From contig CAWCPV010000008.1 of the NCBI GenBank assembly GCA_963797555.1, positions 1 to 64,000 of the forward strand: 64,000 bases of DNA. The letters run 5' to 3'. Positions 52,471-61,004 of the stretch are shown here, piece after piece. This stretch comes from an uncultured Gammaproteobacteria bacterium (lineage in GTDB: Bacteria; Pseudomonadota; Gammaproteobacteria; CAWCPV01). The notes beneath the pieces are model-generated. The model saw only the letters and a program-made list of their open reading frames with translations, was not told the DNA's origin and did no database searches. Within the stretch, counting starts at the first letter, position 1. Each line of letters begins with the position of its first letter. Position numbers and translations under genes: made by a program.

Positions 52471-52515
52471 CCGGGTCTGGACCTGGGCCCGGGGCCAGCC
52501 CTCGGCCCAGGGGCC

Positions 52516-52860
52516 TCACTGGGCGCAGATGGCGATGGCCGTGGTTTGGCGTGCCATGGTGCCGGTGTTGTGCACCATGACATCCCAACCGTGATCGCTC
52601 AGGTTGCCATGGCCGTCGCTGGGCTCGGAGTGAAATACCTTGATGTCATCCGGCGTCTCAATGCTGAACCCGCCGCCGAGGACCTTCTTCCCGGCCGAGC
52701 AGTCCACATGCACCGTTTGGACGGCGCCGCCTGCCACAAGGACGCGGTTTTGCAGGGTCTCGTAACCGTTGATGCCGGCGCAGCCGCCGAGCATGCTGGT
52801 TCCTGCCAGGAAACCGACCAGGATCACAGGGCGAGTCGCAAACCGTTTGGATAGCTGCAT
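52516..52860 (-). CDS. Small putative lipoprotein with a C.xGKKVLGGG...W...AIC domain
   Basis: Signal peptide with lipobox-like LGGC; GGAGG SD; CSAGKKVLGGG and terminal AIAICA. Confidence 0.7.
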   Translation of the reverse strand: MQLSKRFATRPVILVGFLAGTSMLGGCAGINGYETLQNRVLVAGGAVQTVHVDCSAGKKVLGGGFSIETPDDIKVFHSEPSDGHGNLSDHGWDVMVHNTGTMARQTTAIAICAQ

Positions 52861-52996
52861 TTTCGACCTCCGTATGTGTCATGTCGTAGGACCTTCCACG
52901 CGGCCAGGTCATGCCCGCGAGCCGATACCCTAAAGGCAATCGCCGCTGCGGGCAATTCCACGGAAGTAATAGTGCGACAAACCTAGAAAAGGCGGT

Positions 52997-53160
52997 TTAG
53001 TCGCGAAGGACGTGAGATCTCCCTGGCACCAGCAGGTCAGGGGTTGATCTCCCTGGCGCGGGCATAGGCGCTCTGCGTGGCGGAGCGCGCCTGGATGACT
53101 TCGAACCAGCGCTTGAGTTTTGGGAAGTCGGCCAGGTGCTGGCGCTGCGCCCCGCCGGCA
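52997..53160 (-). pseudogene. Glutathione S-transferase C-terminal fragment (YfcG/YghU-like)
   Basis: RQHLADFPKLKRWFEVIQARSATQSAYARAREIN. Confidence 0.6.
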
Positions 53161-53244
53161 CCAATGCCGCTCCACCGCGCGCTCGAACCAGAGGCCGGCC
53201 GCTTGAGTAGCAGGTGGACGTTGGCCAGCCTCGTGGAGACGATG

Positions 53245-53746
53245 CCGCCCTGCGGGGTACCGGCTTCATGCGTATCCGCCATCACGGGCTGCTCGCCAAC
53301 CGCTGCCGCGCCGAGCGCCTGGCACGCTGCCGGGCGCTGCTCGGCCAGCCGGCGCCTGAACGGCGCGAACCGGAGTCGGTGCAAGCAACCCTGCTGCGCC
53401 TCACCGGCATCGACATCCAGCGCGCCCCTATTGCCGGGGAGGGCGGCTGCAGCAGGTCGGGCTCGTGGCGCGGCTTACGGCTGCTGCCCCACTCCAAAGC
53501 CACCGAACCCCCACAGTTCTCATGGCGACGACCACTCCCACGGCCCCGTGTCGTCCTCGCCCACCCTTGACCCCTCGCGGCCACCTCTGCCATAGTACCA
53601 TGCGGGGGACACCAGACCGAGACCGGAGAAGCGGTCCATGCACCACGTAGCCACCCGACCAGCCCGACTCGGAGCGGCCCGAGCGCCGCACCGCCCGCAT
53701 ACAATCCCCATCGCTCCGCGGGCTCAATCCAGCGGTTCAGTTCAAC
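53245..53746 (+). mobile_element. IS91-family transposase C-terminal remnant plus downstream non-coding end (partial second copy at ~51400-51670)
   Basis: GFMRIRHHGLLANRCRAERLARCRALLG...LRLTGIDI..(C)P.C; downstream CAATCCCCAT and GCGGTTCAGTTCAAC. Confidence 0.75.
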
Positions 53747-53799
53747 ACATTTTTGTCCATCATGCTGCCGCACGACGGACAAAATTCTATTCGTTAGAG
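53740..53799 (+). other. attC-like hairpin at the IS91 end
   Basis: GTTCAAC..TTTTGTCC...GGACAAAA..GTTAGAG. Confidence 0.55.
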
Positions 53800-53805
53800 G
53801 CCCCA

Positions 53806-54307
53806 ATGAAAAACCAGAAGCGCTGTCTCGACGTGCTGCGCGACGTCCTAGCCAGATTACCTGGCGAAGCTGCTGACGGAGGCTGAGAGAAGTCGTCGAC
53901 ATCTTGGACAAAGCGTCTCATGTCACAAATCCGCGAGGCTGGCTCAAGGCTGGGGTTTGAAGTACGCCCATGTGCTAGTGCTAAACGCGGTTCCGGTTGG
54001 CTCTATGACATGGTGTGGCTTGTCCGAAGAAACGATCAACTTCTGGCGTCTTTCCTTGTCCTTGAGTCCGAGTGGGAGCCCACACTCGGGAAGATTCTTG
54101 ATGACTTTGAAAAACTCTTGCTGGTGCGCGCCGTAGTTCGTGTGATGGTCTTCAACCATCGGAAAGCCTCTCAAGTGCTGGACACGTTCGTAGAGATGGA
54201 AAAACGTATCCGAGCTTACTCAATGGGCCAAACCAATGACTTATACTTTTTAGCCAGCCTTGGCCTGGGACACCGGCGCGTTCGAGTATCGTGAAGTTCG
54301 CCTCTAA
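53806..54307 (+). pseudogene. Gene cassette: PD-(D/E)XK-like nuclease-fold protein, in-frame TGA at 53884 and frameshift near 54262
   Basis: WLYDMVW...LVLESEW...DDFEKLL; perfect complementary ends GTTAGAGGC (53793) and GCCTCTAAC (54300). Confidence 0.65.
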
Positions 54308-54388
54308 CTCAGGCCGGTGCGGACGCGCCATCAGCGCCGTGCCACTACTCGCCACTGTGCGGGCCCGCCGCACAGCGAGACATTAGGG
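54302..54388 (+). other. attC site (core mutated to ATTAGGG)
   Basis: CTCTAAC...GTGCGG...CCGCAC..ATTAGGG. Confidence 0.65.
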
Positions 54389-54409
54389 GCAGAGGAGCGC
54401 GGCATTTCT

Positions 54410-54925
54410 GTGCGCTATCAAGGCCGAATCACAGACTGGAAGGATGATCGGGGCTTTGGCTTCATCACCCCAAATGGCGGAGGTGCGCGCGTCTTTGTGC
54501 ATATCAGCGCCTTCGGAAAAGGGCAGCAACGCCCCACCGGAGATGAACTGGTCACGTATGAGCTTGTGAATGACGATGAGAGGAACCTTCGTGCTCAGAA
54601 CGTCGCCTACCTCAGAGTGCGCCAAGCTCGTCCACGTGCAAGGCGGCGTCGGAACTCCATGCCGATAATTGCAGCGCTTGTTGTAGCAGTTGCCGGTATT
54701 TATGGTTGGCAGCATTTCTTTTCGTATGGCGTTGGAACTCTACCTCGCACCAAGTCCGCCCTTGAACTTGGGGGCACAACCAAATTTCAATGCCGCGGGA
54801 AGCGACACTGCTTCGAGATGACCTCGTGCGAGGAAGCGACTTTCTATCTTAGGAACTGCCCAGGCGTGGAGATTGACGGCGACGGCGATGGAATTCCCTG
54901 TGAATCTCAGTGGTGTGGCGGTTGA
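54410..54925 (+). CDS. Gene cassette: cold-shock domain + TM + Excalibur Ca-binding domain protein
   Basis: GRITDWKDDRGFGFI..VFVHISAF; TM; C.GK.HC.EMTSCEEA.FYL.NCP...DGDGDGIPCE. Confidence 0.9.
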   Translation: MRYQGRITDWKDDRGFGFITPNGGGARVFVHISAFGKGQQRPTGDELVTYELVNDDERNLRAQNVAYLRVRQARPRARRRRNSMPIIAALVVAVAGIYGWQHFFSYGVGTLPRTKSALELGGTTKFQCRGKRHCFEMTSCEEATFYLRNCPGVEIDGDGDGIPCESQWCGG

Positions 54926-54994
54926 GCGTAACCCTTCCATCGAGCCTACAGCCACTGGCAAGCCGGTGCCTTGGGTTCATGTCAAGCGTTGGGC
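54926..54994 (+). other. attC site (canonical)
   Basis: GCGTAACCCTTCCATCGAGC...GGCAAGCC...GTTCATGTCAAGC GTTGGGC. Confidence 0.85.
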
Positions 54995-55030
54995 GTCAGA
55001 ATCAGCGGTCTCTCATAGCGTGAGGCTGAA

Positions 55031-55378
55031 ATGAGAAGAGCAGAACGAGCGCAGCAGCTTTGGAGCTTATTGGCCCTCGCGGCGACGAGTCGCCAGATCC
55101 TGACCTACGATATTGTTGCTAGGCTCACTGGCGCCTTGCGGCCTGGGATCGGCGATCTGCTTCGGCCCATTCAGCAGTACTGCACAGAGAACGACCTTCC
55201 TCCTCTTACTTCTCTCGTCGTAAGCGAACAGACCGGTCTTCCTGGCGAAGGGTTCATTGCCGCGGCGGACGTTCCAGCGACACAAGTAAAGGTTTTCCAG
55301 CATCCGTGGCTTGACGTTACCGCTCCGAGTGCAGAGCAGTTTGAATCGGTCTATGCGCGTGCACCCGATCGACGCTGA
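55031..55378 (+). CDS. Gene cassette: 115-aa hypothetical protein (wHTH-like, LPPLTSLVV..TGLPG.GF motif)
   Basis: Perfect 11-bp complementary ends GTTGGGCGTCA (54988) and TGACGCCCAAC (55376). Confidence 0.8.
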   Translation: MRRAERAQQLWSLLALAATSRQILTYDIVARLTGALRPGIGDLLRPIQQYCTENDLPPLTSLVVSEQTGLPGEGFIAAADVPATQVKVFQHPWLDVTAPSAEQFESVYARAPDRR

Positions 55379-55379
55379 C

Positions 55380-55478
55380 GCCCAACCCGTTCAACCGGAG
55401 CACCCAACAGCGGCGCCGTTGGGTACCCGTCGCCCCACGCGCGTCGGCGCCCGCCCTGGGTGACGCGGGGCGTTCAAA
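55380..55478 (+). other. Degenerate attC site
   Basis: GCCCAAC...CCCAAC.GCGGCGC.GTTGGG..CGTCG...CGGCG...GTTCAAA. Confidence 0.6.
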
Positions 55479-55523
55479 GAGCATTGAATTGCTCTTCTTG
55501 ACTCTTATTTCTTGGAGGTTGAA

Positions 55524-56660
55524 ATGCTGAGCCCTAATGCAGTTGTCTCCAACGTCATACGTTTCGAGCCGCCGCTCGATAGGGCGCCCGCCGAGCTGCT
55601 GCGTGCGGAACCGGGTCTGTTTGTGGAACTGCAGGACGGGCGTCGTGCACGCCTGGACCCCGCCGATCCTCACTCGGTCGGCTTCGTACAGATCTTGGAC
55701 GGGCTGAGCAAGCTGCGGCTGCCGGTCTACCTGGAGATCGACCCGGCGACCTCGGTAATCACCCGACTACTCATCCCGCACCTGAGCCGCGTCGTCGGCG
55801 TGCGTCCGATCGACGAGGGTGCGCTCGGGGTAGAGCTGGAGCTTTCGCAGGGGCGTCACGTACTGCGGCGTGGCCAGCCGGACTTCGAGGAGTTGGACAG
55901 ACTGCTGCGCGAGGCGGTGGCGAACCGCCGACCGGTTATCCTCACCGAGGACGACGAGCACAATATCATCGACGTTCGTTTTTTTGAGCCGGGCCCGGGT
56001 GTGCCGCTTCCGCCATTTCCGCCGGAGGTCCCGCCGCTCGAAGAGTGGCCGCCGCGCTGGATCAGGGATTTGCTGGAGCGGATATGGCGCTGGAAGTGGT
56101 GGCCCTGGTGGTGGTTCCGTTGCATATCGATGACAAGGGCACAGCAGGTCTTCGACGCGATGAAGGCCACCAGTTGCGATCCGCTCACGGTCCCGCCGCC
56201 GTGCATTCCCTTTCTCTATCCCGATGATGGTTGCTGGGCGCGAGCCCACGAGATGTGCCGACTGATGATCAACCTGGGGCTGTCACCGAACAAGGTCTGG
56301 ATTCGAGCGAGCCCAGGATACTGGCTGCATGTGAACACGAGGAACAACCCCGCATGCTACGTCGACTGGGGGTGGCACGTGGCGCCCACGTTGTGCGTGC
56401 GCGGGCCGGGTTTCTTTCGAACGCAAAGCATGGTGATCGATCCATCGCTGTTCACTACACCGGTGTCCAAGGCGACGTGGAAAGGTGTACAGGGGGACCC
56501 CAACGCAACGCTCACGGACAGTGACGCTTCTCAGTATTGGCCGAGCGGCGGGACCGATCCGACATATTCAGATACGAATATCCGCCTCGCCTACTATCGA
56601 CTGCAACTGCAGAACCGGGCAATACAGCACGGGCCGCCGCCCTATGCAGCCTGCCCGTAG
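55524..56660 (+). CDS. Protein-glutamine glutaminase family protein (probable last cassette)
   Basis: CIPFLYPDDGCWARAH (Cys), WGWHVAP (His), VIDPSLF (Asp); GGAGG SD; TGCTAAC downstream at 56681. Confidence 0.8.
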   Translation: MLSPNAVVSNVIRFEPPLDRAPAELLRAEPGLFVELQDGRRARLDPADPHSVGFVQILDGLSKLRLPVYLEIDPATSVITRLLIPHLSRVVGVRPIDEGALGVELELSQGRHVLRRGQPDFEELDRLLREAVANRRPVILTEDDEHNIIDVRFFEPGPGVPLPPFPPEVPPLEEWPPRWIRDLLERIWRWKWWPWWWFRCISMTRAQQVFDAMKATSCDPLTVPPPCIPFLYPDDGCWARAHEMCRLMINLGLSPNKVWIRASPGYWLHVNTRNNPACYVDWGWHVAPTLCVRGPGFFRTQSMVIDPSLFTTPVSKATWKGVQGDPNATLTDSDASQYWPSGGTDPTYSDTNIRLAYYRLQLQNRAIQHGPPPYAACP

Positions 56661-56703
56661 AGAAAGGGGCCAGGCGCGACTGCTAACGACGCCTCGACCA
56701 GCC

Positions 56704-57318
56704 CTAAGCGGGGAGCCTCTCCAGGAACTGTCGCAGCCCCGCCTTGGCCGCGCCGACCCAGGGTGCGCCGTGAGCGAACAGCAGGTGGTCGAAATCCCGC
56801 TCCAGGTGGCGAAAGAATACCGCTCGCAGACCGCGCTTGACCCCCTCAGGGTCTTCGCCCATCAACTGGTCGGGGACAAAACCCAAGGCCCCGCCTCGGC
56901 GTACGATGGCGTCTCCGATGGCCAGGATCCCGCCGTGCTCGGGGACGTACAGTGCGGTCTCCTCGGGGCAGAGCACGCCCACCTCGAGGGCTTCGACGCC
57001 CCCCGGCAGTTGCTGACCGTGCTCGAAAGGCTCCACCTGCTCCCCGCGCGTGAACTCGTGTAGTCCTGCACGGTGGCACCACACCCGCGCCCCGAAGGCT
57101 CTGGCGAATTGGCCGCTGTGCCGATAGTGGTGCCGGTTGGTGAGATAGATGTGGGCGGGCGTCTTGCCGCCCGTGAACCATTCAAGTCCCTCGTCGGGGA
57201 CTCGGGGGTCGATCAGGACCGCGGGGTCGGTGACGGCGACGAGGTAGGAATGTACGTCTTCCTTGATGCCTTCGTGGAACGTGCTCCAGTGGTATACGCC
57301 GGGCAAGATCTCGCGCAT
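56704..57318 (-). CDS. Metallo-beta-lactamase-fold protein
   Basis: VLIDP, LTNRHHYRH, GDA, LLFAHG. Confidence 0.75.
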   Translation of the reverse strand: MREILPGVYHWSTFHEGIKEDVHSYLVAVTDPAVLIDPRVPDEGLEWFTGGKTPAHIYLTNRHHYRHSGQFARAFGARVWCHRAGLHEFTRGEQVEPFEHGQQLPGGVEALEVGVLCPEETALYVPEHGGILAIGDAIVRRGGALGFVPDQLMGEDPEGVKRGLRAVFFRHLERDFDHLLFAHGAPWVGAAKAGLRQFLERLPA

Positions 57319-57483
57319 CGGTCAGCTCCTGGGTGCATGGGTGCGGGTGCTCGTCGATTTACATTAGACCATGGGTGCCGTGCCAGTGCGGCGATAGAGG
57401 CCCCGCCTGCATATCTTCGAGAGTGGGGCGGGGACAGCGGCCCGTGGAGGCCGGGCACCGTGAGGCAGGCATGGACCCGTTAT

Positions 57484-57498
57484 TGACAATCACTCTCA
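57484..57498 (+). promoter_or_regulatory. Fur box overlapping a TTGACA -35 upstream of bfd
   Basis: TGACAAT-C-ACTCTCA resembles the 7-1-7 TGATAAT-N-ATTATCA consensus; bfd is typically Fur-regulated. Confidence 0.6.
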
Positions 57499-57545
57499 GT
57501 TACGCATACCCTTCAGGGTACCTGTCCTGAACTCGGTGCCATCTC

Positions 57546-57743
57546 ATGTACGTGTGTCTCTGTAACGGTGTGAGCGATCGTCAAATCCGCGAAGCCGTTC
57601 TGCAGGGTGCTCGCACGATGCGCGACCTGCGGCGCAATCTGGGGGTTGCCACTGCATGTGGGCGTTGCGGACCCTGTGCCCTCGAGGTTCTCAGGGGGGC
57701 ATGCGAAGACAGCCGGGACGCGCTTCGATTGCAGCCGGCGTGA
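57546..57743 (+). CDS. bfd: Bacterioferritin-associated ferredoxin
   Basis: MYVCLCNGVSDRQIR...GVATACGRC. Confidence 0.95.
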   Translation: MYVCLCNGVSDRQIREAVLQGARTMRDLRRNLGVATACGRCGPCALEVLRGACEDSRDALRLQPA

Positions 57744-57794
57744 CACCCGGCGTAGAGTGGCGTCCTCATCGAGCCGCCAGATAGGGAGACGAGC

Positions 57795-58259
57795 GTGAAA
57801 GGGGATCCGACGGTCGTTCAGCACCTCAACAAAGTCTTGCGCAACGAGCTGACAGCCATAGCGCAGTATTTCCTGCACGCTCGCATGCTTAAGAATTGGG
57901 GTCTCCACAAGCTGGGCGAGCACGAGTACCACGAGTCAGTGGACGAGATGAAGCACGCGGATCGACTGATTGAACGCATCCTGTTCCTGGAGGGGCTGCC
58001 CAACCTCCAGGACCTGCAGAAGCTGCTCATCGGGGAGAACGTGCCGGAGATGCTGCGATGCGACCTGCGGCTCGAGAACGAGGCCATGCCTGACCTCAAG
58101 GACGGCATCGCCTATTGCGAGTCTTGCGGCGACTACGTCTCTCGGGAGCTATTGGAGGCGATCCTGGGGGGTGAGGAAGAGCACATCGACTGGCTCGAGA
58201 CGCAAATCGGTCTGATCGACAAGATGGGACTCCAGAATTACCTGCAGTCCCAGATCTGA
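57795..58259 (+). CDS. bfr: Bacterioferritin
   Basis: [40 protein letters not shown]. Confidence 0.97.
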   Translation: MKGDPTVVQHLNKVLRNELTAIAQYFLHARMLKNWGLHKLGEHEYHESVDEMKHADRLIERILFLEGLPNLQDLQKLLIGENVPEMLRCDLRLENEAMPDLKDGIAYCESCGDYVSRELLEAILGGEEEHIDWLETQIGLIDKMGLQNYLQSQI

Positions 58260-58619
58260 ACCTTCCCCCTTCTGGGCTCCAGCCGTTCGAGCCTCTCTCG
58301 CCGTTCGCGGCGGCGCCGGGAGCCATGCGGGCTTCCCTTCGACCAGACTGGGGCCGCCCCCCACGCTGAAGTCTTGCGGCACCCTTCACGAAGCCCCACC
58401 CGCGTGAGAGAGACCTGAATGTCAGCGCCGGCGGCCCGAGGGAGGGACCGGCCCCGGTCGGGCATCCGAGAGCGGCCCTAGCGCACGCGGGCCGCCTCCG
58501 CGCACGTATACGCGGCGTTAATGTGCCTTCTCTCGGGGTCTGGTACAATGGCGCGCCATATGCCGCGCTGCCCGGTGGTGGCCGACTCGCTGCGCCCGCT
58601 GATCTGACCGACTCCCGCG

Positions 58620-59840
58620 ATGCCCGAGATCAGGAAGGTTGTACTCGCTTACTCTGGGGGACTCGACACCTCGGTGATTCTCGAGTGGCTGCGAGAGACC
58701 TACGGCTGTGAGGTGGTGACTTTCACTGCAGACATCGGGCAAGGCGAGGAGCTGGCCGCTGCCCGGGCGAAAGCGCAAGCGCTGGGCGTACGAGAGATTC
58801 ACGTCGAGGATCTGCGGGAGGAATTCGCTGGGGATTTCGTCTTCCCGATGTTCCGCGCCAACGCCGTGTATGAGGGCGAGTACCTGCTCGGGACCTCCAT
58901 TGCACGACCGCTGATCGCCAAGCGTCAGGCCGAGATTGCTCGGGACACGGCCGCTGACGCCGTCGCCCACGGGGCGACCGGCAAGGGAAATGACCAGGTG
59001 CGGTTCGAGCTGGGTTACTACGCTTTCCACCCTGGTATCCGCGTCATCGCCCCATGGCGGGAGTGGAATCTCACCTCCAGGGAGAGGCTGCTGGCTTATG
59101 CAGAAAGTCGCGGTATCCCGGTGGAGCGCAAGCCCGGGGGAGGTTCGCCGTACTCGACGGATGCCAACCTGCTGCACATCTCGTACGAGGGGGGTGTGCT
59201 CGAGGATCCCTGGGCCGAGCCGGAGGAGTCCATGTGGCGTTGGAGCGTGGCGCCGGAGAAGGCCCCCGACAGGCCGCGCTACGTGGAGCTGGCCTATGAG
59301 CGGGGCGATGTGGCGGCCGTCGACGGCAAGCGCATGTCCCCCGCGGGGGTGCTTCAGGCCCTCAATACCCTGGGCGCCGAAAACGGGGTCGGACGCCTCG
59401 ACCTCCTGGAGAACCGCTACGTCGGCATGAAGTCCCGCGGCTGCTATGAGACTCCGGGCGGTACGATCCTGCTGAAGGCGCATCGTGCCATAGAGTCGAT
59501 CACCCTGGACCGCGAGGTGGCGCACCTCAAGGACGATCTCATGCCGCGCTACGCCGCACTCATCTATAACGGGTACTGGTGGAGCCCGGAACGACGCATT
59601 CTGCAGGGCCTGATCGACGCTACCCAGGCTGTGGTGAACGGGTCCGTGCGCATCAAGCTGTACAAGGGCAACGTCATGGTGGTGGGACGGTCTTCCTCCA
59701 CGGACAGTCTGTTCGATCCCGCCCTGGCCACCTTCGAGGAGGACGCAGGGGCTTACCAGCAGCGCGACGCAGAAGGGTTTATCAAGCTCAATGCCTTGCG
59801 GCTGCGACTCGCGGCTCGGCGGTCCACGCTCGACGAGTAG
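58620..59840 (+). CDS. argG: Argininosuccinate synthase
   Basis: [48 protein letters not shown]. Confidence 0.97.
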   Translation: MPEIRKVVLAYSGGLDTSVILEWLRETYGCEVVTFTADIGQGEELAAARAKAQALGVREIHVEDLREEFAGDFVFPMFRANAVYEGEYLLGTSIARPLIAKRQAEIARDTAADAVAHGATGKGNDQVRFELGYYAFHPGIRVIAPWREWNLTSRERLLAYAESRGIPVERKPGGGSPYSTDANLLHISYEGGVLEDPWAEPEESMWRWSVAPEKAPDRPRYVELAYERGDVAAVDGKRMSPAGVLQALNTLGAENGVGRLDLLENRYVGMKSRGCYETPGGTILLKAHRAIESITLDREVAHLKDDLMPRYAALIYNGYWWSPERRILQGLIDATQAVVNGSVRIKLYKGNVMVVGRSSSTDSLFDPALATFEEDAGAYQQRDAEGFIKLNALRLRLAARRSTLDE

Positions 59841-59935
59841 GATTCTTGGAGCGCGCGGAGCAACTGTTGCGCCAGATGCTGGAAAGGCAGAGCCCCTCGG
59901 CAGCGGCGGGCCGCGCGCGGTCGCACGGGCGGGGG

Positions 59936-60220
59936 CGCTGAGAGCTTGTGGACAAGCCCGCTGCGTATCCCGATAGCGGCGTTGCGCGGTGGTCACGGCG
60001 TACCTCCCTGTACGCCACCCCTGCGGGGCGTCCCGCGGACGTGCCGAATGGTCGTCCTGCCATTCGGTCATGGCGTACTTCCCTGTACGCCACCCGTTTG
60101 GGACGTTCTGCGGACGTTCCGAATGGCTGTCCTGCCAGCCGGTCGCTCCTCGCCTATCTACATGGATATGTCTCGTCGCTGCGCCCCGCGCTCGGGCCGC
60201 CCCGGCAGGAAGGCTCAGCG
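59936..60220. repeat. Palindromic MITE-like intergenic element containing a 2 x 75-bp tandem repeat (59991-60065, 60066-60140)
   Basis: Units begin GGTCA(C/T)GGCGTAC.TCCCTGTACGCCACCC; imperfect outer IR CGCTGAGAGCTT / AAGGCTCAGCG. Confidence 0.6.
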
Positions 60221-60258
60221 GAAACGCCCGAGACGAAGGGGCAAGGTGGGCGCTGGCC

Positions 60259-60999
60259 ATGATCTGGACAGCCCGGCGGGCTCCGCTGGTCAAACGCCGC
60301 ATCGGTAAGGCGCGCGCGCTGCTGAGGAGGTCGGTCGTGAGGGTGCTGGCAACGGACAACCTGCGTTCTCCGCCGCTGGCGCCCACCGTAGAGGACCTGC
60401 TTCTCCCGACAAAACCCGTCTGGGGTCGAGGCCGCAGTCCCGTGCGGCGCTCTGGACGGGCACTGTTTGCCCGTGAGCTTTTCACCAACCCGCGGGCCGT
60501 TGGTGCCGCGTGCCCCAGCTCCCGTTGGCTCGCGAGCAGCATGGTGCGCTGGGTGCCAAGGCGGCTGGAGGGCAGAGTCGTCGAGCTGGGCGGCGGTACT
60601 GGGGTGGTCACCGCGGCGCTGCTGCGGCGCGGTGTCGCAGCCGAGCAGCTCGTGGTCCTGGAGCGTTCGCGAACGCTAGCCGCTCATCTGCGGCGCCGTT
60701 TCCCCCAACTCCAGGTGATCCGCGGCGACGCCGCCTTCCTCAGCGATCTGCTTCCGGCCGATGGTGTGAAGGTGTGCGCGGTGGTCTCGAGCCTCCCGCT
60801 GCGCTCCCTGCCGAGGGAGACCGTGCGCCAGATCATGCTGCAGCTCGAGTGCATCCTCGCCCCTGGCGCCCTGTTCATTCAATATACCTATGCGTTGCGC
60901 TCCGCGTGCAGTCAGTTCCCCGATCGTTTCCGCCAGACCGCCTCGAAGATAGTGTGGCGTAACTTGCCACCGGCGCGCGTGGACGTGTATCGCGTCTGA
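60259..60999 (+). CDS. Phospholipid N-methyltransferase (PmtA-like); start uncertain
   Basis: NPRAVGAACPSS..LA, VVELGGGTGVVT, VVSSLPL, FIQYTY, VWRNLPPA. Confidence 0.85.
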   Translation: MIWTARRAPLVKRRIGKARALLRRSVVRVLATDNLRSPPLAPTVEDLLLPTKPVWGRGRSPVRRSGRALFARELFTNPRAVGAACPSSRWLASSMVRWVPRRLEGRVVELGGGTGVVTAALLRRGVAAEQLVVLERSRTLAAHLRRRFPQLQVIRGDAAFLSDLLPADGVKVCAVVSSLPLRSLPRETVRQIMLQLECILAPGALFIQYTYALRSACSQFPDRFRQTASKIVWRNLPPARVDVYRV

Positions 61000-61004
61000 A
61001 CGCT

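Noticed and set aside
59991-60140. CRISPR array, or N-terminal protein repeats of the 336-aa ORF 59989..60999
   Set aside because: Two contiguous 75-bp units without unique spacers; methyltransferase homology begins well downstream.
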